From the NCBI RefSeq assembly GCF_009914755.1, contig NC_060929.1: a DNA stretch of 64,000 bases, one strand, 5' to 3'. Shown in pieces: positions 1 to 13,530 of this stretch. The notes beneath the pieces are model-generated. The model did not search any database, was not told where the DNA came from, and worked only from the letters and a program-made list of their open reading frames with translations. Position 1 is the stretch's first letter. Each line of letters opens with the position of its first letter. This DNA comes from the human T2T-CHM13v2.0 reference genome, Homo sapiens. The position numbers and the translations under genes were made by a program.

Positions 1-860
1 TTTTAGCATTCTCTCTACTAGACAGTTGGAGCTAGAGTCACTTTGTTGTTCTAGGAGAGATCTGTGAGGAGTGAAAGAGATCAAAATTGCTACATTTCTT
101 CTAGTCCTTAGCATGTTTACAGGAAAAATATGTAAGAATAAAGTTTTCATTTTCGGTAGAAACAGAAAATTGTATCTTTTACTGTGCCTCAGGGCAAGAA
201 TAAAAATATAGGCTGTCAGTTTTATTTAATGTAATTGTTTTTCTTTCAGCTATACTATTTAGGAACAAAGTGCACATGGGACATGGGCACACACATCACA
301 CTAGAATTTCACTTGATGGGCTGTATTCTGAAAACTCATCATTGTAGTGGAACATGTTCCTTGTTCTGGTGATTAGTGTAGGTTAGAATGAAGATTTCTC
401 ATTTACTGCTCAAAAATATATACACATAGTGGAAATTTCTCAGGAATAGTTAAATAGCAAAAATAAAAAAAAACCACAAACTAGCTACAACTTTGTTGAA
501 ATCCTTATTGCTCCAGGAATTTTTAACATTAGTGTTTAATAATTTTTAATTTCTAGGAGTGTCTTTTACATTTCTTTATATTGTTAGTAAATCCTTGTGA
601 AAATCTCTATGGATAAATGGGGTTATTACCACCTTTATTAAAATTACCATAGTAAGCAAGTTTGTGTTGAATTTAGCCATATGCTTAGCTGTTGATAGAA
701 TATGAAAATGATGATGCTCCAGATAATCTCTTTAGAAAGGTACAACTATTTCTCGAGTTTAAACAAAATGTTAACTCGTACAGTAAAAATATCAGGACAT
801 CAGAGTATACCTGAATGAATGTATTGGAAGTACTTACCAGGTATAAAATTCTATGCCTTC

Positions 861-1162
861 GGGCATGGTGGCTTAAGCAAGCATGGATGGAATCTTAGCA
901 CTTTGGAAGGCCGAGGCAGGCAGATCACCTGAGATCAGGAGTTGAGACCATCCTGGCCAACATAGTGAAACCCCATCTCTACTAAAAATACAAAAATTAG
1001 CCAGACATGGTGGCTCATGCCTGTAATCCCAGCTACTCAGGAGGTTGAGGCAAGAGAATCATTTGCACCCAGGATGCAGAGGTTGCAGTGAGACAAGGTC
1101 TCGCCACCGCACTACAGCCTGAGCAGCAGAACCAGACTCTATCTCAAAAAAAAAAAAAAAAA
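861..1162 (+). mobile_element. Alu SINE (AluS-type), full-length dimer
   Basis: Left arm, ctactaaaaatacaaaaattag linker, right arm and A-tail; degenerate TSD aaattctatgcctt / aaagctatccctt. Confidence 0.95.
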
Positions 1163-2785
1163 GCTATCCCTTATTCTAAGCACATAACCATTTTTCTTGA
1201 AGAGTGTAGCTATGGAAACAAGATAGCCAAGTAAGAATATGAGTCACATAGAAGCTAACATGGCATTGATAAGTTATACATAGATAAGCACCATAGATGT
1301 TTAAAAGGAGGCATCACTGGGGGGGGGGGGTATGAAGTTTTGCCTGGAGGACTTCATGATAAACTTTCCAAGCATAGAGAAGGAATGAAACAAGGTGAGC
1401 TGCATATGATGCCCTGAGGGGAGGACGGTCAGGCTAGTTTCACCTACATCAAAGCTGTAGATGAGGCAGTCACAGAACCAAAAGAGGAAACCCGAGACCC
1501 TTACCCCCATAAGGCTGACTGCATCAGTGACTACCTAAGAGTCCCAGCTGTTGTCAAAAAGCCATGGGAAGACTACAGATGAGATGACAGCCACAGAGGG
1601 ACCACGAAAAGTATGAAGGAGAATACTCTCCTACTGCTGGGGATTGAGCATCTCTTCTACCCTACCAATTAAAGTAACATCTTAGAATTCTGGGAACACG
1701 TAGGTAACTAGGTTAATTTCATTTTATTTTGGAAACAGCTTTATGCAAATTTGTGTCTGGTGCACATCAGTCTTTCCATTTCAGTCGGTTTTAAATTGCC
1801 TTTGTCTCAGCCTCCTGATTTTATTACAGTCTGCCTATAGTAACAGTTGTAAGGTCATATATCATGCTAACTGAATTTTTTTTTTGTCATTTTGAATAAT
1901 GCACCGAAAATAACTCCTGTTTAGTGTGGCTTTGAAAATAATTTAAAACATGTATATTTGTGAAAAATATATCCGGCCTACACATGTGTCTCCATTCTTA
2001 TTTGTTAGTGTTGTCCTACAACCATTTGTGCCATGGACAGACTGACATCCTCATCTTGTTTCATGGATCTCAGCTGATTGGAAGGGCTGATTTCTTTCAG
2101 CGTAGCTCTAAATGCGAGCCTATTAAACACAGCCATTATTTAATTATTATAATTAAGGAAATCATTAAGTGCTTGATAAGTTATACGTGGGCTTTGAATA
2201 GTTCTATTTTCTTAAAATTATATTTTACTAACCTTTTAATAAGGAAAGAGATATTTACCAGCTGAATGCTATAGATATTTGATCTATAGATATTTGAATA
2301 GATGTGTATAAAGACATTATACAAGTTATTGTGGCAGTTAATAATGTATTTTACTAAAGAGAACAGAAAACTTGGCCACAGTGGCTTTTGCTTTTCAATT
2401 TTCCAGATGTATAGGTGATGTATAGGTGATGTATAGATATATAGGCCGTTACTAAATGATGCTGTTAGGGTCTCATACTTTTTTGTCTTTTTACTCTGCC
2501 TTTTCTTCAAGTGTTGGCTTTTGTTCTCATGCATATAGATTTCAGACACTTTTTAAGTATCTAATTCTAGTTTTAGGTAGGGAGGGGGAAAACTGTTTCC
2601 TGGCATGGATTTTGTCTTTTCTGCATGGATGAAAGTCCTCCCCATGGACTTCTCCCTAAATTGTGTCATATAACCAAGTGTAGCTGCAAGGCAGATAAAT
2701 TGAGTATTTACATTCTAGCTTTCTTAGCAGAAGAAGGGAAAGGAGAAGGATCTTGGGAAGTGGTGTTGATAAAGCTAATCTACTC

Positions 2786-2913
2786 TGCTAGTTAGGGTTC
2801 TCTACAGAAAAAGAAATAATAGGATGTATGAAAAAACATGTATTTGTATGTAAACAGTAAAACCATATATTTGTATATAAACAATAAAACCATATGTAAT
2901 GTAAACCATAAAA

Positions 2914-2963
<50 letters not shown>

Positions 2964-3353
2964 GAGAGTTAGCTATCTATCAGAGTCTCTGATAGTTTTT
3001 TTTTTAAGGAATTGATTCACACTGCCATGGGGGCTGGCAAGTTTAAAATCTGCAGGACAGGCTGAAAGATGGGAAATTCTAGCAGGAGTTGATGTTGGGG
3101 CTCAAGTATAACGGCAGTCTGGAGGTAGACCATCTTCTTCTTCTTCAGGAACCTATCTTTCCCCTTAAGACTTTCAATTGATTGGATGAGGCCTACATAC
3201 AATATGATGGAGAATGAGATTTATTCAGAGTCCACTGATTTAAATGTTAATTATGTCTTTGAAAATACATTTACAGCCACATCTAGACTTGTGTTTGGCC
3301 CAAAAATTGGACACCATAACTAGCCAAACTGACACATAAATTTACCCATCACA
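2786..3353 (-). mobile_element. MLT2-family (ERVL) solo LTR, MLT2C/D-like
   Basis: Reverse complement starts tgtgatgggtaaatttatgtgtcagtttggctag, matching the MLT2 5' end as I recall it; internal (TA)n is typical of MLT2. Confidence 0.85.
2916..2957. repeat. (TA)n microsatellite inside MLT2
   Basis: About 20 TA units, preceded by aaaccatat-type short repeats. Confidence 0.95.
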
Positions 3354-4794
3354 CCTATATTATCTACAAAGGATTAATAATAATCAATGGTTTATAACTT
3401 TTGGATACTAAAGTCCAGCATCAACTTCTTAGGGTTGACATCTTCTTGATCCATGTATTAGTTTATGTATATTAAATGCAATAATGTTTCCGTGTTTCCC
3501 AGAAAGTTCTTATGCTAATTCTGAATTAGAGTTAAAATATTGACTAATACCCATTTTAAAAAGAGAAAGTCTTTTTTTTTTAAAGGCATATTGAGAATTT
3601 CTAAGGCTCTTACTTTGTTTTCAGGCAGTAAATGACTTATATAACAACATTTTAACCAATAAGATTACTCTTGCTCAAATGGCCTGGAGAACGTTAGAAG
3701 AAATAAAGGAATGTTGACTGGCCTGGAATGAGGAGACATAGGTTTTTATATTAACTCCGACATTAGCTAGTTTATCACCTTGCTTTTCTGAACTGAAGAC
3801 TGATAATAGATCCCCTACCTTTCCTCCCAGATTGTGGCAGTTACATGAGATAACAGATCTAAAAAATGCTTTATGTAGCATAGAGTGATACAAATATATA
3901 AAGCAGCACTGGAATATTGAGATAAATGTCTCATGATAACCTCCTCCATGATTGGAGGATGGCATGGCTGATGAGCCATCAAACAAAGGTTAGAACTGAA
4001 TGCAGACTCAGAAGTGACCCGGTGCAAACTCTGTTAGCCTGGATGGCCACAAAGAAACATCCATTATCCATCCATTAAAAGTAAAATTCTGTGGAAAGGA
4101 GGGCCATTTCTGTCAGCTTGAGGAATATTTTGAAATTAGCATCAGGTTGTCAGGCTTAGTCAGCATGACAGCTCTTTCAATTCATGTTTGTCCAACCCCT
4201 TTCCTTGGAAATACACAAGCAGTTACTCTGCTAATGTTGGGAAAAATCCAATGTAAAAAATATTTCATTTTAATAACAAATTTCTAAATCTGAATATTAT
4301 ATTTAAAATACTAAATAAAGAAGGGTGTAACAGAAGTGTTTACTTGATGTATTTATTTTTAAGAAGATCTTTTAGTCAAAGTAATGTTAGCTAAGTTAAT
4401 TTTACTTGTGTACAGAATCATTAGGTACCACTAAAAGTCATTGACAGTTTTTTAATTCAGTGAGACTTACTCAATCAGCAAAACTTCCAAAAATAGTTGA
4501 TAATAAGTATACCCCTGGAATGGGATTTATATAACCCTACACTCATTTAACATTATCTCTAAATTCTTTTGTATAATTCTATTCTTTCATGTAATTTTTT
4601 CATATAATTCTAAATTATTTCATATAATTCTAATTCTAATTGGATGAATTTTTTAGAAGTTGTACCTAGCATTTAATTTCTTTAAAGATAGTAATTTTGA
4701 AACTCTTGAACACCAGCTGTTAACACTTTTTCTTGATGTTCATGTGAAATGGACACTTAAAATTTCAGTGTTGGTTTCAAGTTTTCAGTGTTGC

Positions 4795-5050
4795 TTATGC
4801 ATAACCTATCCTTTGACCTAACAATGCCACTTTTAGTTATTTATCCTAAGGAAACTAGAGATGATTTTAGATTTGTGTGAAATGATATTTATTATGTGAG
4901 GCAACCTAGACAATAGATGGAAATGGTTAATAAACTACTGTGCATTTGTATTGTAAAATTTCAGACAAAATTATAAAAAATGATCTCAATATTTATTATA
5001 TGAAATAGAAAAATGCTTATGACATAATATGTGAAAAGAATGAGATAAAA
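4795..5050 (+). mobile_element. Ancient L1 (L1ME-like) fragment near the ORF2 end/3'UTR
   Basis: cctttgacctaacaatgccacttttagttatttatcctaaggaaa resembles the L1M C-terminal region. Confidence 0.5.
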
Positions 5051-7067
5051 TATAATTCAAATCATTATCTTTATTTAAGATATACATTAAAATATAATTA
5101 GGGCTGTGGGGGCACTACCTTGAACTCTCCTATATTTGATCAGATTATGTTAATATGTATAATGGTGTGGTTGCCCTGTTTACTGCAATTTAAAGTGCTT
5201 TTTTTTTAATGTGAGAAAATGAAAAATAAACAAACATAGTGGTTTTATTGCCAGTTGATAGGCATAGAGTAAATATAGAAGAAATCATTTGAATTTAATG
5301 CAGTTTATCCTATGTTGTTCAGTAGTGTAGTTCTGTGATTATGATAGCCTATTAGGAAGGTAACTGGAGCAGCAGTCTGTAGCAGGTTCTGGAGGAGTAA
5401 GTCTGGATTTGAAAAGGTTAGGAGGAAGCTTTTGTTTGTCTGTCAGGATAGTCTCTTCATTTGCACTGGCATGTGAAAATAAGGCTGAGTACTGGTCCTG
5501 GATAGTGCTGGTAATTAAACATAGATACCCCATATTTTGTTTTCCAAAAATAATGCTGACATATTTTTATTTCCAATAGCGGTCTGTTGTGAATAAGATT
5601 TGGGAAAAGAGAAGGGAAGCAATGAGAAAACAGGTTGCTTTATTAAAAGGCGTAGGTCTCACTGAGAGGGACTTTGCAGAGTAAAATCCTACAAACTTAG
5701 GAACACTTAGTCTAAATTTGGCACTCCGAAATGCAGAAAGAAATTCTTGCTCAAATAGAAACTCTACACTCACATTAAATGAATCAAAACGAGAGCTAGG
5801 TTATCAAAGAAAGACAAACTACTTAAAAGAGCTATTTTAATTGCCATACAAGAAGGACATTTCTCGTAAAGATAAACAATATTTCCTTAGTTACATCATG
5901 TTTTCTCTTGGTAGTTATCTCTCATTATTGTGAGAAAATTTTAAGAATTCAAATTCACATTTCTGAGGTAAACATTCTGAAATTTTATTTTGTTTTGAGC
6001 AGTCCCTTTAGTGTTTAAATAACCTCTCTTTCTGATCACAAACATGGAAGAGGTTTCTTTGTTACGTATCATCTTTTGTCCTAGTAGTCACATATACGTG
6101 AAATATGAAATAAGAAGATCAAAGACGTTTTTTGTTTAATTTTGGCAGTCTATATTTTTACTCTGTGTCCCTAAATTAGAGTCGCTACAGGGCCTTACCT
6201 CAGAACACTCATGTTCTTCTGCCAAATAAATAAGGACAGACATCACTCTTGAGGCCTTTATTAGTCATCCCTTAGAAAGGTTGGTTCTTGACAATGTATC
6301 ATTTAGACAAAATATTCATCTAGCACAGTTTGTATTTTCAGGGCGTATTCATCCACAACAGGGATAACAAATAGTTGCATAAGGGGAGTTATTCACAAAT
6401 TGAATTGCTTGAACAAAAAGGAAGAATAGATGGAACAGAAACCCCAAAATTGTTCCACTTAGAAATGAGATGTGGCTACTCTTTGATTCATCTTGTACCA
6501 AATTCTGAGTCAATCACATGGAAATATTGCATTTTAAAATAAGTGTTACAGCACAACATTTACAGCTCTCAAGCTCTAAACTGAAGCTGCCACATGTCAA
6601 GTGTTGACTTGTATGGCTCATAAATCACCAGCTGTTGTTTAGACAGTATCCATCTTCAAAGTTTGTACAGCAAAGGGGTCTATTCAATGCATTTTTAAAT
6701 CAAATTTCTGCAGAGGAGTTTTGGACGAGACAGATCTGGGAACTACACTGAGAACAACCTCTTAGTTGTTGATTCAAACACACTTTTGGCAAAATTTAAC
6801 TCGGGCTGAAAAAAAATCTGAATTTCAAAGCTGTAGTAAAGTACTGATTAAATGGTAATCTATATTTATAGTGTTTTAAACCTTTAATTAATACACATGT
6901 CCTTATGTAAAAGTTTGGGGAACTTGAAAGACTTTATGAAATTCATTGGAGGATAAAAAGAAATAACACTTCTAAATCAAAGTCAGATTTGGAGAAAACT
7001 AATTTGCCTCTAATTCACTTTTGTTTCAATGTATCCTATAAAATAAAGGCCAAGCAATTTTGCGTGG

Positions 7068-7560
7068 CATGTTAGGATTCTTGGTTGAAAGCAAAAGGAA
7101 CACCTCTGGTTAATTTATATAGAAGGGAATTTTTTTTAAAAAGGATCTTGTGCAATTCACAGAATCCTCACATAGCCTAAGAAACAGATTGAGTTCTAGG
7201 CTGACAGCGACAGGGCCTAGAGTTTTGGGTCAGCCCCTATCTAGTGTGATGTCAAGTGCCACTGCAAGGGCACTCACCAGACCTTAGTCACCAGGCACTG
7301 ACCCTGGAAACATTTTCCCTCCTTGCTGCTTCAGTGGTCACCACTTTTGCAGGGAAGGAGCCTGCACTATATTTGTTTCTCCATGTCACCAGCTTGCTGG
7401 GCAGCTGGGTCTGATGTGGAGATCCCAGGCTAGATTTCTGCACCATAGCTGTAAGGAAGGTTGTGAACATGACTATGTTTCATTTTTATTGTTTCTTTGA
7501 GAGACATAAGATAGGGATCTTGTATAGGGCATTCCCCATGTAAGAATGGGGTATAGACGA
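7068..7560 (-). mobile_element. Old MaLR LTR (MLT1M/N-like)
   Basis: ttaggattcttggttgaaagcaaaaggaacacctctggttaattta...ttcacagaatc resembles the reverse terminus of old MLT1 LTRs; right end uncertain. Confidence 0.5.
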
Positions 7561-7913
7561 TGACAGTACAGAAAAATATTAAAACATATATGGTATACAA
7601 GGTCTTAAACTACCATTCCCATTCATGTTGCCCTGCATTCTGGCCATAGGCTCCTCATCATCCCTTTGGCATTCCTTATACTTTTCTGACACTGTGGTGC
7701 TGCTCATGTTATTCCCTTGATCTGGAATGCTCTCCTGCTCCATTTATATAGACTTTCCTTCAAGGGGTATCTTAAAGCTCCACCAAGTCTTCCTCTTTTC
7801 CCTAGGTAGAAGAATTAGCTTCCTTCATTTGGAGTTCTCTCTCTTTCTCACTCTCGTTCTCTTTTTGGTTTCTGTCTCATCCACTTGAAGGTAAACTCTT
7901 CCAAATGAGACAC

Positions 7914-10156
7914 TATATTTGTCCATTCTCATACTGCTGTAAAGACATACCTGAAGCTGGGTAATTTATAAAGAGAAGAGGTTTAATTGGTTCATGGTTA
8001 TGTGGGCTGTACAGGCTTCTGCTTCTGCAGAGCCCTCAGGAAACTTTATGGTGGAAGGTGAAGGGGAAGCAGGCACATCTTCACATGGCTGGCAAGAGAG
8101 ACAGGGAGCTAAGGAACAAGTGCTACACACTTTGAAACAACCAGATCCCATGAGAACTATATCAGGAGACAGCAAGGGGGAAGTCCACTCCCATCATTCA
8201 ATCACCTCCCACCAAGCCCCTCCTCCAACACTGGAAATTACAATTCAACATGAGATATGGGTAGAGACACAGAGCCAAACCATATTATTCTGTCCCTGGA
8301 CCCTCCCAAGTCTCATGTCCTTCTCACATTTTAAAACACAATAATGCCTCCTCAACAGTCCCTGAAAGTCTTAACTCACTCCAGCATTAACTCAAAAGTC
8401 CAAGTCCAATGTCTCATCTGAGACAAGGCAAGTCCCTTCTACCTATGAGCCTGAAAAAAAAAAATAGTCACTTCTAAGATATATTGGGGGTACAGGCATT
8501 AGGTAAATGCTCCTATTCCAAATGAGAGTAATTGGCCAAAACAAAGGGGCTACAGGCCCCATGCAAGTCTACAACCCAGCAGGGCAGTTATTAAATCTCA
8601 AAGCTCCATAATAATCTCCTTTAACTCCATGTCTCACATCCAGGCTACACTGATGCAAGGGTTGGGCTCCCAAGGCCTTGGGAAGCTCTACCCTTGTGGC
8701 TATGCAGGGTACAGCCTCCACAACTGCTTTCACAGGCTGGTGTATGGGGGCTCCAACCTCACATTTCCCCTCTTCACTTCCCTAGTCGAGGTTTTCCATG
8801 AAGGCTCCACCCCTGCAGCAAACCTCTGCCTGAACATCCAGGCATCTCCATAATCCTCTGAAATCTAGGTGGAGGCTCCCAAGCCTCAACTCTTGCCCTC
8901 TGTGCACCCAGAGGCTTAACACCATGTGGAAGCCACCAAACGTGGGGCTTGTACCCTCCAAAGCAACAGCCCAAGCTGTACGTTGGTCCCTTTTAGCCAT
9001 GGCTAGAGCTGGAGCAGCCACAATGCCAGGAGCCCTGTCCCAAGGCTGCATAGAGTAAGGGGGCCTATGAAACCATTCTTCCGCCCTGGGCCTCCAGGCC
9101 TGTGATGGGAGGGGCTGCTGGGAAGGTCTCTGAAATGCCTTTGAGGCATTTTCCCAATTATCCTGGCTACTAACATTCAGTTCATGTTTACTTATGCAAA
9201 TTTCTACATCCAACTTGAATTTCTCCCCAGAAAATGAGTTTTTCTTTTGTGCTACATGCCTGGGCTGTAGATTTTTCAAACTTTTATGCTTTGCTTCCCT
9301 TTTAAATATAGTTCCAGTTTCAGATAATCTCTTTGTTCATGCATATGAGCATATGCGGTTAGAAGCAGCCAGGCCACATCGTGAACACTCTGCTGTGTAG
9401 AAATTTCTTCTGCCAGATATCCTAAATTTTCTCTCTCAAGTTCAAAGTTCCACAGCTATCTAGAGTAGGGGCACAATGTCACCAGTCTCTTTGCTAAAGC
9501 ATAACAAGTGTGACCTTTGCTCTAGTTCCCAATGAGTTTCTCATCTCCATCTGAGACCTCCGCAGACTGGGCTTCGTTGTCCATATCACTATCAGCATTT
9601 GATCACAATAATTTAACACGTCTCTAGGAAGTTCCAAACTTTCTCTCATTTTCTCATCTTCTTCTGAGCCCTGCAGCCTGTTCCAGCCTCTGCCCATGGC
9701 TCAGTTCCAAAGTTGCTTCCAATTTTCAGGTATCTTTATAGCAATGCTCCAATACTCTGGTACCAATTTTCTGTATTAGTCCATTCTCACACTGCTATAA
9801 ACACATAACTGAGACTGGGTAATTTATGAAGAAAAGAGGTTTTATTGGCTCACAGTTCTGCTGGCTGTACAGGCTTCTGCTCTTGGGGAGCCCTCAGGAA
9901 ACTTACAATCATGCCAGAAGCTTACAGGGAAGTAGGCATACCTTCTCATGCTGTCAGGAAAGAGAGAGAGTGAACAGGGAAGTGCTACACACTTTGAAAT
10001 AATCAGATTTTATGAGAACTCTATCTGGAGACAGCAAGGGAGAAGTCTGTCTCCCCAACCCCCGATTCAGTCACCTCCTACCAGGCCCCTCCTCCAACAC
10101 TGGGGATTGCAGTTCAACATGAGATTTGGATGGGGACACAGAGCCAAACCATATCA
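7914..10156 (-). mobile_element. MaLR provirus (MSTA/THE1D-like): 3' LTR 7914-8287, internal 8288-9771, 5' LTR 9772-10156
   Basis: Two homologous ~380-bp LTRs (t[a/g]tatt.gtccattctca...gagccaaaccatat[t/c]a) flank MST/THE1-internal sequence; 5-bp flanks gacac / gatgc; ORF 8782-9279 is a MaLR internal ORF remnant. Confidence 0.93.
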
Positions 10157-11479
10157 GATGCCATACTTTAATCATTCTGTGGAGCTTTAAGTCATAATGA
10201 AGATTAGGCTGTATTCACTCTTGTCAAAAGAATTTTTAATATGACCCTTTAAAACTTGAATTTTGTAATATTTGTATAGGATTTTACCTTTTCATTTATT
10301 TCCTTCAAGTGCCATTTCACATAGAGCCTCAGGTACTATGTTTTATGTATAATTTGAAAAATAAAATAAACTTAGAAATTACATACTTTGGATTTTTCTC
10401 TCCAAATAAGAAATGAAAACCTAGAATATGGAAAGTCTTGTCTATCTGAATGATGCTTTGAATTAATGTGATATAGTGAACTTTATTTCAGTGAGTCTGA
10501 ATTTACATTTGGAATATGAATAATCTTCACTTATGTTGAAAATGATAGGCTGAAAATAAACGTGCTCATAGCTTTTTCATGCAGATCCTTTACTATCAAT
10601 TAACATAGGAAATCTTTATAAGTGCTGCTTAAAGTTTAGATGATAACTTAAAGTCTGAGGATATAAAGACATAATGATCAGACATATCTCAAAATTCTGA
10701 TTATTCAATCTCATATTGTATTGGGAGATATTCCCATTCACTAGGGAACATTGTATGTTATCTGAGTTATAGGACTGTTTAAACAGTATGATTTCCATAT
10801 ATTATATTAGATTTTAAGAGTGATTATGCTGATCAAATTATAACACCGTTGAAAAAATTCTTTAGAGGCTTGTCATTAAATAGAAATGTTCTAAATTCCT
10901 TTTTCCAGTTTGGATTATCTTCACCCCTGAAAATATGAGGACACATATTCTCATTGCCTACATACACCATGCAGTGTCTCTACACAGAGTATAAGAAATT
11001 TAAACCTATTATCTAGATCTAAGGGGATATGAGCAGGCATCTACCTAGATTTTCTTAAAAAAAAACAACTGAATTCTTTGTTTACTACCTATATGAGTTG
11101 AAATTCTGATTATTGAGTTAAGATGTGATGAATCTTTTGATTCTTGTTAACTGAACTCATTCTCAGGATTTGTAGTGATGACTTACATGTGAATCAGAAA
11201 TTAAAGTTTTTCAAAAGAGTAATTACCAAAATTATATCATTATATTGTTGTACAAGTATTGTTTTTAGGAATATAACCTGTAGATGCTATGTTAACCTTT
11301 AAAAGATAGGCTGAGAACAAATCTACACATTAGTAATTTAATGTAGATTCCTAAATATGTAAAAATATGCTTTTTACATTTTGGAAAATTACATAAAATT
11401 GACCTTTTCCCTCTTTTTATAAACTCTGATTTTAAAATTTCACTATTATAAAAAATACTGCAGAGCCTATCTTTATGCA

Positions 11480-11597
11480 TGTGTGTGTGTGAGTGTGTGT
11501 GTGTATGCCGATGTATGTATATATAGTATATACAGGTGTATAGATCTGTGTGAGAGTATATTCATGTGTGTAGACTTTATATATACATATATATATG
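11480..11597. repeat. (TG)n/(TA)n low-complexity tract
   Basis: Alternating gtgt/tata runs. Confidence 0.85.
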
Positions 11598-12117
11598 TTT
11601 TTTCACTTTCAGGATAATATTCAATAAATTACATGAGATATTCAACACTTCATTATAAAATAAGCATTGTGTTAGATGATTTTGCCCAACTGCAGGCTAA
11701 TGTAAGTGTTCTGGACGCATTGAAGGTAGACTATGCTAAGCTATGATGTTCAGTAGGCACGGTGGCTCATGCCTATTATCCCAGCACTTTGGGAGGCTGA
11801 GATGGAAGGATTACTTGAAGCCAGGAGTTTGAAACCTATCTGGACAACATAGGTAGAGCCTGTCTCTACAAAAAAAATACAAAAATTAGCCGAGCATGGT
11901 AGCACAGAGCTGTGATCCCATGTGGTCCCAGCTATTCCGGAGGCTGAAGTGAGAGGATTGCATGAGCCCAGAGGTCACTGCAGCCCAGGCTGGGTGACAG
12001 AGAAAGATCCTGTCTTAATAAATTAATAAATAAATAAATGCAGTTTTAGCTTATAATGTTTTCAATTTATGGTGGATTTATTGGGATGTAACCCCATCAT
12101 AAGTCAAGGAACATCCA
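11598..12117 (-). mobile_element. MER47A-like (TcMar-Tigger) DNA transposon interrupted by an Alu
   Basis: ttcaataaattacatgagatattcaacact...gattttgcccaactg...ctaagctatgatgttc, and terminal gtaaccccatcataagtcaaggaacatc. Confidence 0.85.
11755..12040 (+). mobile_element. AluJ with right-arm deletion, inserted in MER47
   Basis: AluJ-like ggattacttgaagccaggagttt and gaggattgcatgagccca; (TAAA)n tail. Confidence 0.9.
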
Positions 12118-12433
12118 TATCTTTGTATAAACACATGCACAACAAATGTATTATTTACGTAAATCAATATCAAAATCATAGACTCTTTATTCATTATATT
12201 AAATTATATGAGACAGGGCCATATTATCATTTTTTCAATTAGTAAGTAGCTTTAATGGTAGACAGATTTATGCCAGTGTCTTAATTATGATTTTTATATG
12301 ATGTTTCTTGGTATAAGTGGAAATTTCCCAAAGTGGCGTATGCTTTTGATAAAGCAAAGCCCATTTAAATTTTCATACTATGAATACTAGCCTATAGAAT
12401 CCATCTAACAAGTGAAGATTACCAGAGAGTGTC

Positions 12434-13106
12434 TGTCAGGGGAAAAACTTTCTCAAACCATGTTTTTCCTCTAATCTCATACTACCGCAACAGTCAACAC
12501 AGAATACTATGACAAAAGCAGCAGACACCAGCTGGGTGTCCTCTAATTCAGTTCTCATGCTCTCTACTTGGAGGTAGTGTAAGATTGCATGGGTTGGAAG
12601 CTCAATCCCCAAGATTAACCACACACCCCAGAAACCAGTCAAAAGTCCAGACCTCTGGAACTTCTGACCAACTGGCTTCAAGCTGGGGTCCCCACAACCC
12701 CCTCTTTGGATTTGATTAATTTGCTAGAATCGCTCACAGAACTCAGGGAAATGTATTTAGTGGTTTATTATAAAGGACACCGCAAAGGATACAGATAAAG
12801 AGATGCGTAGGACAAGGCATAAGAAACTTCTGGAACCCAGTCCTCTTGGGTTTTTATGGGAGCTTCACAGTGTCATCATTCCTTCCCCCAGGGTATAGGG
12901 CAGGACTCTGGGGAGGATCATAAAATCTACAATCAGAAAGGTGGGGAAAGATTAGAGTCTTGCCTTGGGATAGGTGAAAGGAGGGCAGGAGAGAGATTCT
13001 GCTTCCTGAAGCCTGTGACACCCAACATTGTATCAAAAAACTATAACTAGAGCTTTTGGAGTTATGAGCCAGGAAGCATGGACAAAAAACAGTATATAGT
13101 ACCACA
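12434..13106 (-). mobile_element. MER21A-like solo LTR
   Basis: Reverse start tgtggtactatatactgttttttgtccatgcttcctggctcataactcc; TG...CA termini; gattaatttgctaga..gctcacagaactcaggga motif. Confidence 0.82.
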
Positions 13107-13399
13107 GTAACACTTGTCAACACTGTAAGAACACTAAATTTGTTTTATTTAAATGAGTTCATTATTTTCTTATAAATGTTGATCCCTAAAATTTCTATTA
13201 TATATTTGGAGAATTACATTAGTCAACTTACATAAAATTAATTTTCTTTATATTTTTGAATATGGATTTTATTTAGATGTAATAACATCAAATAATTATC
13301 TCTAAATTTTCTTCCCAAAGGAAATAGTACAGATTAGCTAGAATGAAAGAAGAGATTTATATTTATTGTACCAGACACCCTGCCTAACATGATCTATGT

Positions 13400-13530
13400 T
13401 AGCTTGTTTCATTTTTACAATAGCCTGAGTGTATATTTTATCTCCGTTTTATAGATAATGAAACTGCCTCTTAGGGGAGGTTACCTAATATTTCTAAAAG
13501 TTTTCTGATTTCAAAGCCTATTATCTTTGC
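13400..13530 (-). mobile_element. MIR SINE fragment
   Basis: tatctccgttttatagataatgaaactg resembles the MIR core. Confidence 0.55.

Noticed and set aside
1319-1330. G12 run as a G-quadruplex element
   Set aside because: An isolated homopolymer with no supporting context.
1960-2549. 101-aa and 122-aa ORFs
   Set aside because: I/L/F/K-rich composition typical of chance ORFs in AT-rich DNA; no recognisable domain.
4570-4642. ataattct-type short repeats as an array or CRISPR-like structure
   Set aside because: Irregular AT-rich slippage repeats in eukaryotic DNA with no regular repeat-spacer organisation.
7994-9697. Several overlapping ORFs of 66-165 aa
   Set aside because: All lie within the MST LTR or internal region.
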